From Cystobasidiomycetes sp. EMM_F5 (lineage: Eukaryota), in assembly GCA_051047955.1 (NCBI GenBank), contig JBPGPT010000021.1:248001-312000 (forward strand): DNA of 64,000 bases, given 5' to 3'. Position 1 is the first letter of the stretch; the number at the start of each line of letters is the position of its first letter. A program made the position numbers and the translations under genes. Below are positions 63,290 to 64,000 of the stretch, piece after piece. The notes under the pieces were generated by a model that was given only the letters and a program-made list of their open reading frames with translations, did no database searches and was not told the origin of the DNA.

Positions 63290-64000
63290 CTATGTACTCC
63301 TGCTGGGTGGGGTGGAAGGAGAAATGCTGGATTCGTCTCCTCCCGCGTCACTGCCGCGACCGCCCTCCGAGTCATCGGGAGCGAGAGGGGTCTCTCCAGC
63401 ATCATCGGCAGACGGCAAGCCCTCGGGTTTGTCTGAAGGTGTTTCCGGGTCTTCGTGCCCGCTAAGCGCATCCTTGAGCGAGGTCTTTGCAGAGCCCCTT
63501 GCTAATGGCTGAACATTGGTGTATCAGCGTATCAGCTTAGTGCAAAACAAGTCACGTTGAGACCGAAGCTTACTTTCGGCTGGGAAGCGCTGGGCTTCCA
63601 CCCTATGGAGAAGATTACTTGAAATGTTGCAGGAATTGTCCCATCTGGGTTTCCGTGCAAAGCCTTGTAAATCGCATCGGCTGCAAGAAGCGTGTCTCTT
63701 TTCAGAAATGACCGCCTGATAGCGATCGCGTTACTCTCTCCCATCGCTCTCAGATCTTCAACGAGCTCAAATATCGAAGGATAGTTGATTCGTACTTCGT
63801 CAACATCGACAGCGGGTAGGTTGAAGCCAGCTCGCGACAATAGCGAGGACATCGATCTGGAGTCTGTGAAGTCATTCAGACTCACAGACTCACGGCATTC
63901 CACCAGACAAAAGTATCACAAACCTGTCATCGGCGAGACTCTGGGTGATATGCCGCCTTCACGTTCCAGTTCCGCTAATTGAAGAGCTGTTCGGAGTTCG
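63290..64000 (-). CDS. NDUFAF5: NDUFAF5 complex I assembly factor (SAM-dependent methyltransferase fold), 3' part only
   Basis: LQLAELEREGGISPRVSPM, LLSRAGF, YPSIFELVEDLRAMGESNA and IPATFQVIFSIGWKP..QPK|PLARGSA. Confidence 0.92.

Noticed and set aside
21..63982. Numerous 60-200-aa ORFs in the track overlapping the genes called above
   Set aside because: Antisense or alternative-frame shadows of real exons, many starting at GTG/TTG and lacking recognisable motifs.
49225..64000. Three mitochondrial respiratory genes (NDUFA4, LYR protein, NDUFAF5) within 15 kb
   Set aside because: They are separated by unrelated genes, and such genes are common enough for chance proximity.

Overview
Gene-dense eukaryotic (fungal) chromosomal segment, most likely a basidiomycete yeast. 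Pucciniomycotina-like is an inference from intron style and protein sequences. I reconstructed about 28 spliced protein-coding genes by reading GT/GC-AG introns (mostly 55-85 nt, CTRAY-like branch points): Opi1, a PQ-loop transporter, Wee1 kinase, an M50B peptidase, Mak11, catalase, a GDP-mannose transporter, PBDC1/Ypl225w, DGAT2, Hos3-type HDAC, SmB, PheRS-alpha, Efr3, a nitrilase-family hydrolase, a Zn2Cys6 factor, NPC1/Ncr1, NDUFA4/MLRQ, an F-box protein, a TLC-like protein, a LYR protein, two MFS transporters, a TFIIIC subunit, PP1 inhibitor-2, NDUFAF5 and several unknowns. PBDC1 and NDUFA4 are essentially invisible in the ORF track. I found no convincing tRNA, rRNA, transposon or CRISPR array, and no clear-cut new multi-gene system. 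The best leads are a 320-nt structured intron in NDUFA4, an alpha/beta-hydrolase-like protein lacking its nucleophile motif and carrying a 3-nt exon, an M50B peptidase with Cys at the expected Asp zinc-ligand position, a GC-AG intron gating the Zn2Cys6 reading frame, and Cys-rich uORFs before the PQ-loop transporter. Family calls rest on recognised motifs, not on database searches.
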